Positions 53,299 through 61,286 of a stretch of 64,000 bases of DNA are shown in pieces. The notes under the pieces were generated by a model, which saw nothing but the letters and a program-made list of their open reading frames with translations, did no database searches and had not been told where the DNA came from. Source of the stretch: Planctomycetota bacterium (GTDB lineage Bacteria; Planctomycetota; UBA1135; UBA2386). The translations under genes and the position numbers were made by a program. The stretch is taken from contig JBKAGP010000001.1 of assembly GCA_046290465.1 (NCBI GenBank), positions 6,432,001-6,496,000 on the forward strand, read 5' to 3'. The stretch's first letter is position 1. Every line of letters starts with the position of its first letter.

Positions 53299-55911
53299 AT
53301 GGCCGCCCGCCCCGTGCAACCAGAAGTCCTCGCGCCCGCAGGTTCGATCGAGTCGCTGCGGGCGGCGCTGTGGAACGGCGCCGACTCGGTCTACTTCGGC
53401 CTGCAGGACGGCTTCAACGCGCGGGCCCGCGCCGCCAACTTCGCGATCCGCACGCTGCCGGAGACCGTCGCGCGCATCCATCGCGCCGGCGCGCGCGCCT
53501 ACGTCACGCTCAACACGTTGGTCTTCGAGCCGGAGCTCGAGGCGCTCGAACGGGTGGTGCGCGCGATCGCGCGGTCGGGCGTCGACGCGCTGATCGTGCA
53601 GGACCCGGCGGTGTGCCTGCTGGCGCGCGCGATCTGCCCCGAGCTCGAGCTGCACGCCAGCACCCAGATGACGATCGCCGAGCCGGCGGCGGCGCCGTTC
53701 GCGACCGGGCTCGGCGTCAGCCGCATCGTCGTGCCGCGCGAGCTGTCGGTGTCGGAGATCCGGAGCTTCGCGGCCGGTACCGACGCCGAACTCGAGGTGT
53801 TCATCCACGGCGCGTTGTGCGTCTCGTGGAGCGGCCAGTGCCTGACCAGCGAGGCTTGGGGCGGCCGTTCGGCCAACCGCGGCCAGTGCGCGCAGTCGTG
53901 CCGGATGCCGTACGAGCTGGTCGTCGACGGCGAGCTGCGACCGCTCGGCGACGTGCAGTATCTGCTGAGTCCCAAGGACCTGTCCGGGGCGCGCGCCGTG
54001 CCCGAACTGCTCGACATCGGCGTGCACGGCCTCAAGATCGAGGGCCGCCAGAAGGGGCCGCAGTACGTCGCGACGGCGACCGGCGGCTACCGGCGCTGGG
54101 TCGACGGGTTGCTCGGGGGCGAGGACCGGCACGCGGTTGAACGCCGGCTCGCCGACGACCTGCTGCAGATGTCGCTCAGCTACACGCGCGGCTTCTCGGA
54201 CGGCTTCCTCGGCGGCAGCGACCACCAGACGCTGGTCGAGGGACGCTTCCCCAAGCACCGTGGGGTGTTCGTCGGTCGCGTCACGCGGCTCGACGCCGAG
54301 CACGTCGTGGTGCGCACCGACGATCCGGACGGCAGGCCGTGGACCGGGGCGCTGGCGCTCGGTCGACGGCCCGACGCACCGGTCGGCGAACGCAGCGATG
54401 CGCTGCCCGCTGCCGGCGACGCCGCGCCGCTGCAGCTACGCGCCGGCATGGGGGTCGTGTTCGACCAGGGCGATCCGGAGGACCGGCACGAGCCGGGCGG
54501 GCCGCTGTTCTCGGTCGAACGGCGCGGCGACGAGCTGCTGCTCGGCTTCGGCAAGCCGGGGCCGGACCTGTCGCGCGTCAAGGTCGGCGATCGCGTGTTC
54601 GCCAACAGCGATCCGTCGCTCGGCAGCGTGGCCGGCCGGACGAGCCGCGACGACGCGCCGGAGCCCGAGGGCCGCAACCCGGTCGACCTGTCGGTGTCGG
54701 GGGCGCTCGGCGAGCCGCTGCGGGTCGTCGCGCGCTGCGGGCCGCACCAGGTCGAGCGGGCCTCGGCGTCGCCGCTGCAGCAGGCCCGCGGCGGCGGCCT
54801 CGACGACGCGATCCTGCGCGACAAGCTCGGCGCGTTCGGCGGCACGCCGTTCGCGCTGTCCGGCCTCGACGTCGCCGGGCTCGCCGCCGGCCTGCACGTG
54901 CCGGCCAGCGAACTGAAGGAGCTGCGCCGCCAGCTGGTCCAGGAGCTGTTGCCGCGCATCGAGCGCGGCCCGGTGCGCACCGTCGACGCGTCGCCGGCGA
55001 ACCCGCGGGTCGCCGACGGCTTCGCCCCGGTCGAACCGCGCCCGGGCGCGCCGACCGTGGTGCCGCTGGTGCGCAGCGACGAGCAGCTCGAGGCGGCGAT
55101 CGCCGCCGGGGTGGCCGAGGTCGAGCTCGACTGGATGGAGTTCGTCGGGCTCGGCAAGGCGTATGAGCGGGCACGCGCGGCGGGCCTGACGGTCACGGTG
55201 GCGAGCACGCGCATCGGCAAGCCCGGCGAGGACGCGCTGGTGCAGCGCATCCTCAAGCTGGAGCCGGACGGCGTGCTGGTGCGGCACTTCGGCGCAATGA
55301 TGCGCTGCCTGCGACACCGCGACGAGCACGGCGCGTCGTTCGCTCTGCACGGCGACTTCTCACTCAACGCGACCAACTCGCTGACCGCGCGGCACCTGCT
55401 GCTGCAGGGCCTCGAGACGATCACCGCGTCGTTCGACCTCGACGAGACCCAGCTGTTCGCGATGCTCGAGCACGTCGAGCCGAGCCGCATCGCGATCGTC
55501 GCGCACCATCGCATCCCGACGTTCCACACCGAGCACTGCGTCTACTCGCACCTGCTCAGCAACGGCCGCGACTACCGCTCGTGTGGCCGGCCGTGCGAGC
55601 AGCATCGCGTCGCGCTGCGCGACCACACCGGTCGCGAGCATCCGGTGATCGTCGACGTCGGCTGCCGCAACACGGTGTTCCACCACGCACCACAGCAGAG
55701 CGCTGAGTGGACCGCGGGGCTGCGCGAGCTGGGCGTGCGGCGGTTCCGGGTCGAGTTCGTGCGCGAGACGGCCGACGAGGTCGCGGCCGTGCTGGCGGCG
55801 TGGCGCGAGCACCTCGGCGGTCGCATCGACGCCGACGAACTGGCGCGGCGCACCGGCGCCTCGGGCCAGATCGGCGTCGCGCAGGGCGGCATGAAGCTGC
55901 TCGCCGAGTAG
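53299..55911 (+). CDS. Peptidase U32 family protein with DUF3656 (RlhA-like RNA hydroxylase)
   Basis: EVLAPAG, GADSVYFG, LHASTQMT, EVFIHGALCVSWSGQC, SANRGQCAQSCR, LSPKDL and KIEGR motifs; degenerate second U32 domain. Confidence 0.88.
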   Translation: MAARPVQPEVLAPAGSIESLRAALWNGADSVYFGLQDGFNARARAANFAIRTLPETVARIHRAGARAYVTLNTLVFEPELEALERVVRAIARSGVDALIVQDPAVCLLARAICPELELHASTQMTIAEPAAAPFATGLGVSRIVVPRELSVSEIRSFAAGTDAELEVFIHGALCVSWSGQCLTSEAWGGRSANRGQCAQSCRMPYELVVDGELRPLGDVQYLLSPKDLSGARAVPELLDIGVHGLKIEGRQKGPQYVATATGGYRRWVDGLLGGEDRHAVERRLADDLLQMSLSYTRGFSDGFLGGSDHQTLVEGRFPKHRGVFVGRVTRLDAEHVVVRTDDPDGRPWTGALALGRRPDAPVGERSDALPAAGDAAPLQLRAGMGVVFDQGDPEDRHEPGGPLFSVERRGDELLLGFGKPGPDLSRVKVGDRVFANSDPSLGSVAGRTSRDDAPEPEGRNPVDLSVSGALGEPLRVVARCGPHQVERASASPLQQARGGGLDDAILRDKLGAFGGTPFALSGLDVAGLAAGLHVPASELKELRRQLVQELLPRIERGPVRTVDASPANPRVADGFAPVEPRPGAPTVVPLVRSDEQLEAAIAAGVAEVELDWMEFVGLGKAYERARAAGLTVTVASTRIGKPGEDALVQRILKLEPDGVLVRHFGAMMRCLRHRDEHGASFALHGDFSLNATNSLTARHLLLQGLETITASFDLDETQLFAMLEHVEPSRIAIVAHHRIPTFHTEHCVYSHLLSNGRDYRSCGRPCEQHRVALRDHTGREHPVIVDVGCRNTVFHHAPQQSAEWTAGLRELGVRRFRVEFVRETADEVAAVLAAWREHLGGRIDADELARRTGASGQIGVAQGGMKLLAE

Positions 55912-55914
55912 CGC

Positions 55915-56364
55915 TCAGGCCGGCAGCACCCGCAGCAGCCGCTGCAGGAACAGGCAGTAGCTGGCGCCGAACGCACACGCGACGTGCCACAGCGTGCGCA
56001 GACCCCACGACACTTCGGTCGGGAAGTAGCGGGTCGCGAACCACTCGAGCAGGCCGCCGGCGACGGCGGCGGCGATCGCGATGATGGTCGCGACCAGCGC
56101 CGCCAGCGGGATCGCGCGCGCGCCCTCGGGCATCGGCGGCAGCGGCCGGCGCTGCCAGATGCGCTTGCCGAGCACCTGCATCGCGAACGCGAACGCGACC
56201 AGAAGCAGCCAGTGCAGCGGCTGCAGTTCGTAGTTGCGGAACTGCGCGACACCGGCGACCCAGATGATCGCGATGCCCATCGGGATCAGGCCGAGGATGC
56301 GGTCGAGCGGCCGCGGCCGTCCTGGCGGCTGCTGCGGGCGCGGAGCTTCCGGGGCGTCACTCAC
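55915..56364 (-). CDS. Small multi-pass membrane protein
   Basis: About four hydrophobic segments; lies directly downstream of the DsrE gene on the same strand. Confidence 0.6.
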   Translation of the reverse strand: MSDAPEAPRPQQPPGRPRPLDRILGLIPMGIAIIWVAGVAQFRNYELQPLHWLLLVAFAFAMQVLGKRIWQRRPLPPMPEGARAIPLAALVATIIAIAAAVAGGLLEWFATRYFPTEVSWGLRTLWHVACAFGASYCLFLQRLLRVLPA

Positions 56365-56368
56365 GTCG

Positions 56369-56695
56369 CTAGATCGTGATCACCTTGGCGGCGCGGTTGA
56401 GCTCCTGCACGATCGAGTCCATGTCGGAGACCGCGCCGACCCGTGGTTCGACTTCGTAGTGGGCCAGGCAGGTGCCGCACGGCACGATGTCGACGCCGCG
56501 CTCCTCGAGCAGCTGCAGCTCGGCGAGCACCGGCGAGTCGGCGGCCACCAGCTTGACGCCGCTGTTGAAGAACACGATCGCGGTGAAGTCGGTCAGCGCG
56601 ATCGACTTCTTCAGGAACGTGCCGAGCACCTTCTGGCCGAGGTCGCGGTCCCCGTGGCCCATCTGGTCCTTGTTCAAGACGACGATCGTGTCCAT
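56369..56695 (-). CDS. DsrE-family protein resembling the C-terminal domain of selenium-metabolism protein YedF
   Basis: MGHGDRDLGQKVL..F, IVFFNSGVKL, GVDIVPCGTCL and VGAVSDM motifs. Confidence 0.8.
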   Translation of the reverse strand: MDTIVVLNKDQMGHGDRDLGQKVLGTFLKKSIALTDFTAIVFFNSGVKLVAADSPVLAELQLLEERGVDIVPCGTCLAHYEVEPRVGAVSDMDSIVQELNRAAKVITI

Positions 56696-56772
56696 GCCCC
56701 TGATCGTGCCGGCGCGGCCGGCCGGTGAAAGCCTTTTATGGCAGTCGGCCGTGCCGTAGTTTGCGCGGCTCG

Positions 56773-58047
56773 ATGAAAGTCCTCGTAGTCGGTTCTGGCG
56801 GCCGGGAGCACGCGCTCGCCTGGAAGATCCAGCAGTCTCCGCTCGTCGACCGCGTCTACGTGGCGCCGGGCAACCCGGGCACCGAGCAGATCGGCGAGAA
56901 CGTGCAGATCTCCTCCGACGACCTCGAGGGCCTGGTCCGGTTCGCCGTCGACGAGTCGATCGACCTGACCGTCGTCGGGCCGGAGGCGCCGCTGTGCGCC
57001 GGCATCGTCGACCTGTTCCGCAAACGCGGCAAGCTGTGCTTCGGCCCGGACAAGGCCGCCGCCGAACTCGAGGGCAGCAAGGCGTTCGCCCGCAAGATCT
57101 GCACCGACCACCGGATCCCGGGGCCGCAGTGGTGGGCCTACGAGAACCTGGCGATGGCGCGCGCGTTCCTCGAGTCGCGCCCGGACGGTCCGATCGTCGT
57201 CAAGGCGTCGGGGCTGGCCGCCGGCAAGGGCGTCGCCGTCTGCAAGAACAACGAGCAGGCTCGCGTCGCGGTCTCCGAGTGCTTCGACGGCCGCTTCGGC
57301 GACGCCGGCAGCGTGGTGCTGTTCGAGGAATGCCTCGAGGGCCCGGAGGTGTCGCTGATCACGCTGACCGACGGCGAGACGATCGTGCCGCTCGAGCCGG
57401 CGCGCGACCACAAGCCGGTCGGCGAGGGCGACACCGGGCCCAACACCGGCGGCATGGGGGTGATCACGCCGGTGCCGCTGATGCCGCGCATGGCGACGCA
57501 GATCGAGTCGCAGATCGTGTTCCCGACGGTGCACGCGATGAACCGCGAAAAGCGCCGCTACCGCGGCTTCCTCTACGCCGGCCTGATGCTGACCACGAAC
57601 GGCCCGCGCGTGCTCGAATACAACTGCCGCATGGGCGACCCTGAGACGCAGCCGCTGCTGATGCGCCTGAAGAGCGACCTGGTGCCGCTGCTGCTGGCGA
57701 CCGCCGAGGGCAGGCTCGAGACCGTCGACGCGCCGGTCTGGGACCAGCGCGTCGCGGTCTGCGTGGTCGCGTGCAGCGGCGGCTACCCCGGCGACTACAA
57801 GAAGGGCGTGCCGATCTTCGGCCTCGACAAGATCGAGACCGGCGACGACCTGCAGGTCTTCCACGCCGGCACGCGGCGCTCGATCCACGGCGATCTGCAG
57901 ACAGCCGGCGGCCGGGTGCTGGCGGTCACCGCGCTCGGGGACGACGCCGAGCAGGCGCGCGAACGGGCCTACCAGGCCATCGCCAAGGTCGAGTTCGACG
58001 GCGTGCACTACCGCAAGGACATCGGCGCGCCGAAGCCGAAGGTCTGA
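56773..58047 (+). CDS. purD: Phosphoribosylamine--glycine ligase
   Basis: MKVLVVGSGGREHALAW, VVGPEAPL, KASGLAAGKGV, GPNTGGMG, EYNCRMGDPETQ and GGRVL motifs. Confidence 0.97.
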   Translation: MKVLVVGSGGREHALAWKIQQSPLVDRVYVAPGNPGTEQIGENVQISSDDLEGLVRFAVDESIDLTVVGPEAPLCAGIVDLFRKRGKLCFGPDKAAAELEGSKAFARKICTDHRIPGPQWWAYENLAMARAFLESRPDGPIVVKASGLAAGKGVAVCKNNEQARVAVSECFDGRFGDAGSVVLFEECLEGPEVSLITLTDGETIVPLEPARDHKPVGEGDTGPNTGGMGVITPVPLMPRMATQIESQIVFPTVHAMNREKRRYRGFLYAGLMLTTNGPRVLEYNCRMGDPETQPLLMRLKSDLVPLLLATAEGRLETVDAPVWDQRVAVCVVACSGGYPGDYKKGVPIFGLDKIETGDDLQVFHAGTRRSIHGDLQTAGGRVLAVTALGDDAEQARERAYQAIAKVEFDGVHYRKDIGAPKPKV

Positions 58048-58102
58048 AGGCCCGGCCCTCGGGCGTGAGTCCGCGGTGCCCAGCCGCTATCGTGACCGCG
58101 GC

Positions 58103-58552
58103 GTGAAGCACGAACAGGAACAGAGCATCGTCGAGGAGCACCTGCGCAAGAGCGGGTTCCGCTGGACGAACCAGCGCGCGTTGATCGTGCGGGAAGCCCT
58201 CGAGACGCACGACCACTTCACCGCCGAAGAACTGCTCGACCTCTGCCGCAAGAAGGACCCGAAGGTCTCGCGCGCGACCGTCTACCGGACGCTGTCGGTG
58301 CTCGAGGATGCGGGCTTCGTCGAGGGGCTCGAGACCGGCGACGGCGGCCGCCGCTTCGAGCACGTGCTCGGCCACGAGCACCACGACCACATGGTCTGCC
58401 TCGAGTGCGAGAAGATCATCGAGTTCCGCGACGACGAGCTCGAGCGGCGCCAGGAACTGGCCGCCAGGCGGGTCGGGTTCAAGATCCAGCGCCACAGCCT
58501 GCGCCTCTACGGCCTGTGCAAGGACTGCCAGCGGGGGAAGCGCAAGAAGTGA
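58103..58552 (+). CDS. Fur-family transcriptional regulator
   Basis: TNQRALI, HFTAEEL, VSRATVYRTL, HHDHMVCLEC and LYGLCKDC motifs. Confidence 0.92.
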   Translation: MKHEQEQSIVEEHLRKSGFRWTNQRALIVREALETHDHFTAEELLDLCRKKDPKVSRATVYRTLSVLEDAGFVEGLETGDGGRRFEHVLGHEHHDHMVCLECEKIIEFRDDELERRQELAARRVGFKIQRHSLRLYGLCKDCQRGKRKK

Positions 58553-59949
58553 GCGAGGCGACCGAACGGGTGCTGGTCGTCGACGACGAAACCGACCTCG
58601 CCGAGTCGTGCGCCTACTTCCTCGAGCGCGCCGGCTACCAGGCGCGCTGCGCCGCGTCGGCACCGGAGGCGCTGGAGTTGCTGCAGCGGGAGCCGTTCGG
58701 CGTGGTGGTCAGCGACGTGCGCATGCCGCGCATGAACGGCATGGAGCTGCTGGCGGCGATCCGCGAGCGCGACCCGGACATCGAGGTGCTGCTGATCACC
58801 GGCTACCCCGACCTGCAGATGGCGGTGTCGGCGATCAAGCAGGGGGCGTTCGACTACCTGGCCAAGCCGTACGCCGAGCAGGACCTGATCGAACGGGTCG
58901 GCAAGGCGGCGGCGCGGCGGCGCGTCAAGGAGAGCAACGAGGGCTTCCGCGAGCGCATGCGGTCGGGGGTCTCCGGTCGGCGGCTGATCCACACGTCGAC
59001 GTCGTTCGGCGATGCGATCCAGATGCTCGAGCGCGCCGCGCGCACCGACGCGTCGGTGCTGGTGATCGGCGAGAGCGGCACCGGCAAGGAACTGCTCGCG
59101 CACCACCTGCACGACACCAGCGGGCGCGCCGACAAGCCGTTCGTGCCGGTCGACTGCACGTCGATCCCGGCGGAGCTGTTCGAGAGCGAGCTGTTCGGCC
59201 ACAAGAAGGGGGCGTTCACCGGGGCCGCTTCGGACAAGCTGGGCCTGTTCCAGGTCGCCGACGGCGGCACGCTGTTTCTGGACGAACTCGGCGAACTGCC
59301 GCTCGAGTTCCAGTCGAAGCTGCTGCGCGCGATCCAGGAGCGCAGCGTGCGCCCGGTCGGCAGCAGCGAACAGAAGGACGTCGACGTGCGCATCGTCGCC
59401 GCGACCAACCGCGACCTGCAGAAGGAGGTCGAGCAGGGCCGGTTCCGCTCGGACCTGTTCTACCGGCTCGACGTCGTGCGCATCGCGGTGCCGCCGCTGC
59501 GCGACCGACAGGGGGACGTCGACGTGCTGGTCGCGCACTTCCTCGAGCGGTTCGGCAAGAAGGTCGGCATCACGCGGGTGCAGCCTACGGCCGCCGAACG
59601 GCTGCGCGCCTACCACTGGCCGGGCAACGTGCGCCAGCTGCGCAACGCGATCGAGCGCGCCTGCGCGCTCGGCCAGGGCCCGGAACTGCGCCTCGAGGAC
59701 CTGCCGCCGGAGCTGCGCGAGGACGCGCCGGTGACGCCGCGCGCCGACGCGATCGAGGCCGAGGGCGGCACGTTCCAGGAGATGAAGGCGCGCCGCATCG
59801 CGGCGATGGAGCGCACCTACGTCGAGGAGCTGCTGACGCGGCACAAGGGCAACGTCACGCACTGCAGCGAGGAGGCCGGCATGGCCCGCAGCGCGTTCCA
59901 GAAGCTGATGCAGAAGTACGGCATCCGCTCGGCGGATTATCGTTCCTGA
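58549..59949 (+). CDS. Sigma-54-dependent response regulator (NtrC/AtoC family)
   Basis: Receiver domain; GESGTGKE, ELFGHKKGAFTGA, LFLDE and WPGNVRQL motifs; GTG start overlaps the Fur stop. Confidence 0.93.
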   Translation: MSEATERVLVVDDETDLAESCAYFLERAGYQARCAASAPEALELLQREPFGVVVSDVRMPRMNGMELLAAIRERDPDIEVLLITGYPDLQMAVSAIKQGAFDYLAKPYAEQDLIERVGKAAARRRVKESNEGFRERMRSGVSGRRLIHTSTSFGDAIQMLERAARTDASVLVIGESGTGKELLAHHLHDTSGRADKPFVPVDCTSIPAELFESELFGHKKGAFTGAASDKLGLFQVADGGTLFLDELGELPLEFQSKLLRAIQERSVRPVGSSEQKDVDVRIVAATNRDLQKEVEQGRFRSDLFYRLDVVRIAVPPLRDRQGDVDVLVAHFLERFGKKVGITRVQPTAAERLRAYHWPGNVRQLRNAIERACALGQGPELRLEDLPPELREDAPVTPRADAIEAEGGTFQEMKARRIAAMERTYVEELLTRHKGNVTHCSEEAGMARSAFQKLMQKYGIRSADYRS

Positions 59950-59998
59950 GCTGGCGATCCTGAGCTGGCTATCCTGAGCTGGCGATCCTGAGCTGGCG
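59944..59998. repeat. 14-bp tandem repeat (TCCTGAGCTGGCKA, about 4 copies) starting at the stop codon
   Basis: Read directly from the sequence. Confidence 0.92.
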
Positions 59999-60012
59999 GA
60001 CCGGGCTGCGGC

Positions 60013-60507
60013 TCAGCCGAGCTGGTGGGCGGGTTGGAACGGCGGGTAGCTGAGCGTGTAGATACCCAGGTAGTGGCCCTCCGGGTTGACGGCGACGAAG
60101 GTGCCGTCGATGGCCTGGGTGTGCTGCACCGACAGGTCGATCATGCCGGTGGTCGACGCGAGCGCCACGTCGACGTCGTGGTCGACGCTGCCGCCCGGCG
60201 CGACCGCGTTGAAAACGGCGATCAGCATCGCCATCGCCTCGGCGTCCGCGGAGCCGCCGAACATCACCCCGTTGACGTCGGTCACCACCGCGGTCAACGA
60301 GCTCCCCGGCAGCGCGAACTGCTGGCCCGCGGGGCCCTTCCTGCCCTTCAGCGTGATGCGGATGCTGCCGGGGATCACGGTCTTGATCTTGGTGATCTCC
60401 ACCGACGGCGGCGGCACCGCGAGGGTGTAAGAGCCGCCGGGCAGGTCGACGATCGGGCTCGGCGTCTGCTGGCGGGTGTGGGACGGGTCCTGACGAGTTT
60501 CTTCCAT
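60013..60507 (-). CDS. Hypothetical beta-rich protein
   Basis: 164-aa ORF with strong RBS (AGGAAGGAGG) upstream; divergent from the ECF sigma gene. Confidence 0.6.
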   Translation of the reverse strand: MEETRQDPSHTRQQTPSPIVDLPGGSYTLAVPPPSVEITKIKTVIPGSIRITLKGRKGPAGQQFALPGSSLTAVVTDVNGVMFGGSADAEAMAMLIAVFNAVAPGGSVDHDVDVALASTTGMIDLSVQHTQAIDGTFVAVNPEGHYLGIYTLSYPPFQPAHQLG

Positions 60508-60602
60508 GCGTCCTCCTTCCTGGTATCGGGATAGGTATTAGGATCGGAGCGATCGCCGCCTTGGCTTGCAAGGCCGTCACGTTGGATCGCTGTGGACCCG
60601 GC

Positions 60603-61277
60603 ATGCCAATACCCGAGTACGACCCGACCAGCTGGCAGCTGATCCTCGATGCCGGGGGACGCTGTGCCGACCGGCGATCCGAGTTCGCCAACCGCTACGG
60701 CGCGGTGGTGCGTGCCTACCTCGAGGCGCGCTGGGGCGGTCGCGGGCGCCGCGGTGCCATCGACGATGCGCTGCAGAACGTGTTCGTCGAGTGCTTCCGG
60801 CGCGGCGGCGTGCTGGAGCGGGTCCGTGCCGATCGTCCCGACAGCTTCCGTGCGTTCCTGCTCGGCGTGACCCGCAACGTCGCGCTGCGCACCGAGCAGC
60901 GCGACGGCGGCCGCGGCGAGCAGCGGCTGGACACGGAGGTGATGCGGGGCGAGGCCGGTCCGGGCGCGCTCGAGCCCGAGCAGGCGTTCGAGCGTCGCTG
61001 GGCGCGCGCGATGATCGCCGAGGCGCTGCAGGCCACCGTCGCGCGGCACCCCGAGGATCGCACCGCCGAGTTGTTCGAACTGCGCTTCGAGCAGGGGCTG
61101 CCGATCCGCGAGATCGCCGGCCGCTGGGGCTGCGAGGCCGAAGAGCTGCACCGCCTGTACGCGCGGGCCCGGCGACGCTTCGGCGTCTGCCTGCGGCAGG
61201 TGGTGGCGCAGCACGAGGCGTGTTCGGAGCAGCAACTCGACGGCGAGTGTGCGCGGTTGCTCGCGTTGCTGCAGTAG
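60603..61277 (+). CDS. ECF sigma factor of the Ser/Thr-kinase-associated type
   Basis: PTSWQLI N-terminal motif, FANRYGAVVRAYL, DDALQNVFV, SFRAFL, FERRWA and region-4 HTH. Confidence 0.85.
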   Translation: MPIPEYDPTSWQLILDAGGRCADRRSEFANRYGAVVRAYLEARWGGRGRRGAIDDALQNVFVECFRRGGVLERVRADRPDSFRAFLLGVTRNVALRTEQRDGGRGEQRLDTEVMRGEAGPGALEPEQAFERRWARAMIAEALQATVARHPEDRTAELFELRFEQGLPIREIAGRWGCEAEELHRLYARARRRFGVCLRQVVAQHEACSEQQLDGECARLLALLQ

Positions 61278-61286
61278 GAGCAGCAA

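Noticed and set aside
59944..59998. Tandem repeats as a possible CRISPR array (also 25273 and 63872)
   Set aside because: Units are contiguous with no unique spacers, and there are no cas genes in the window.
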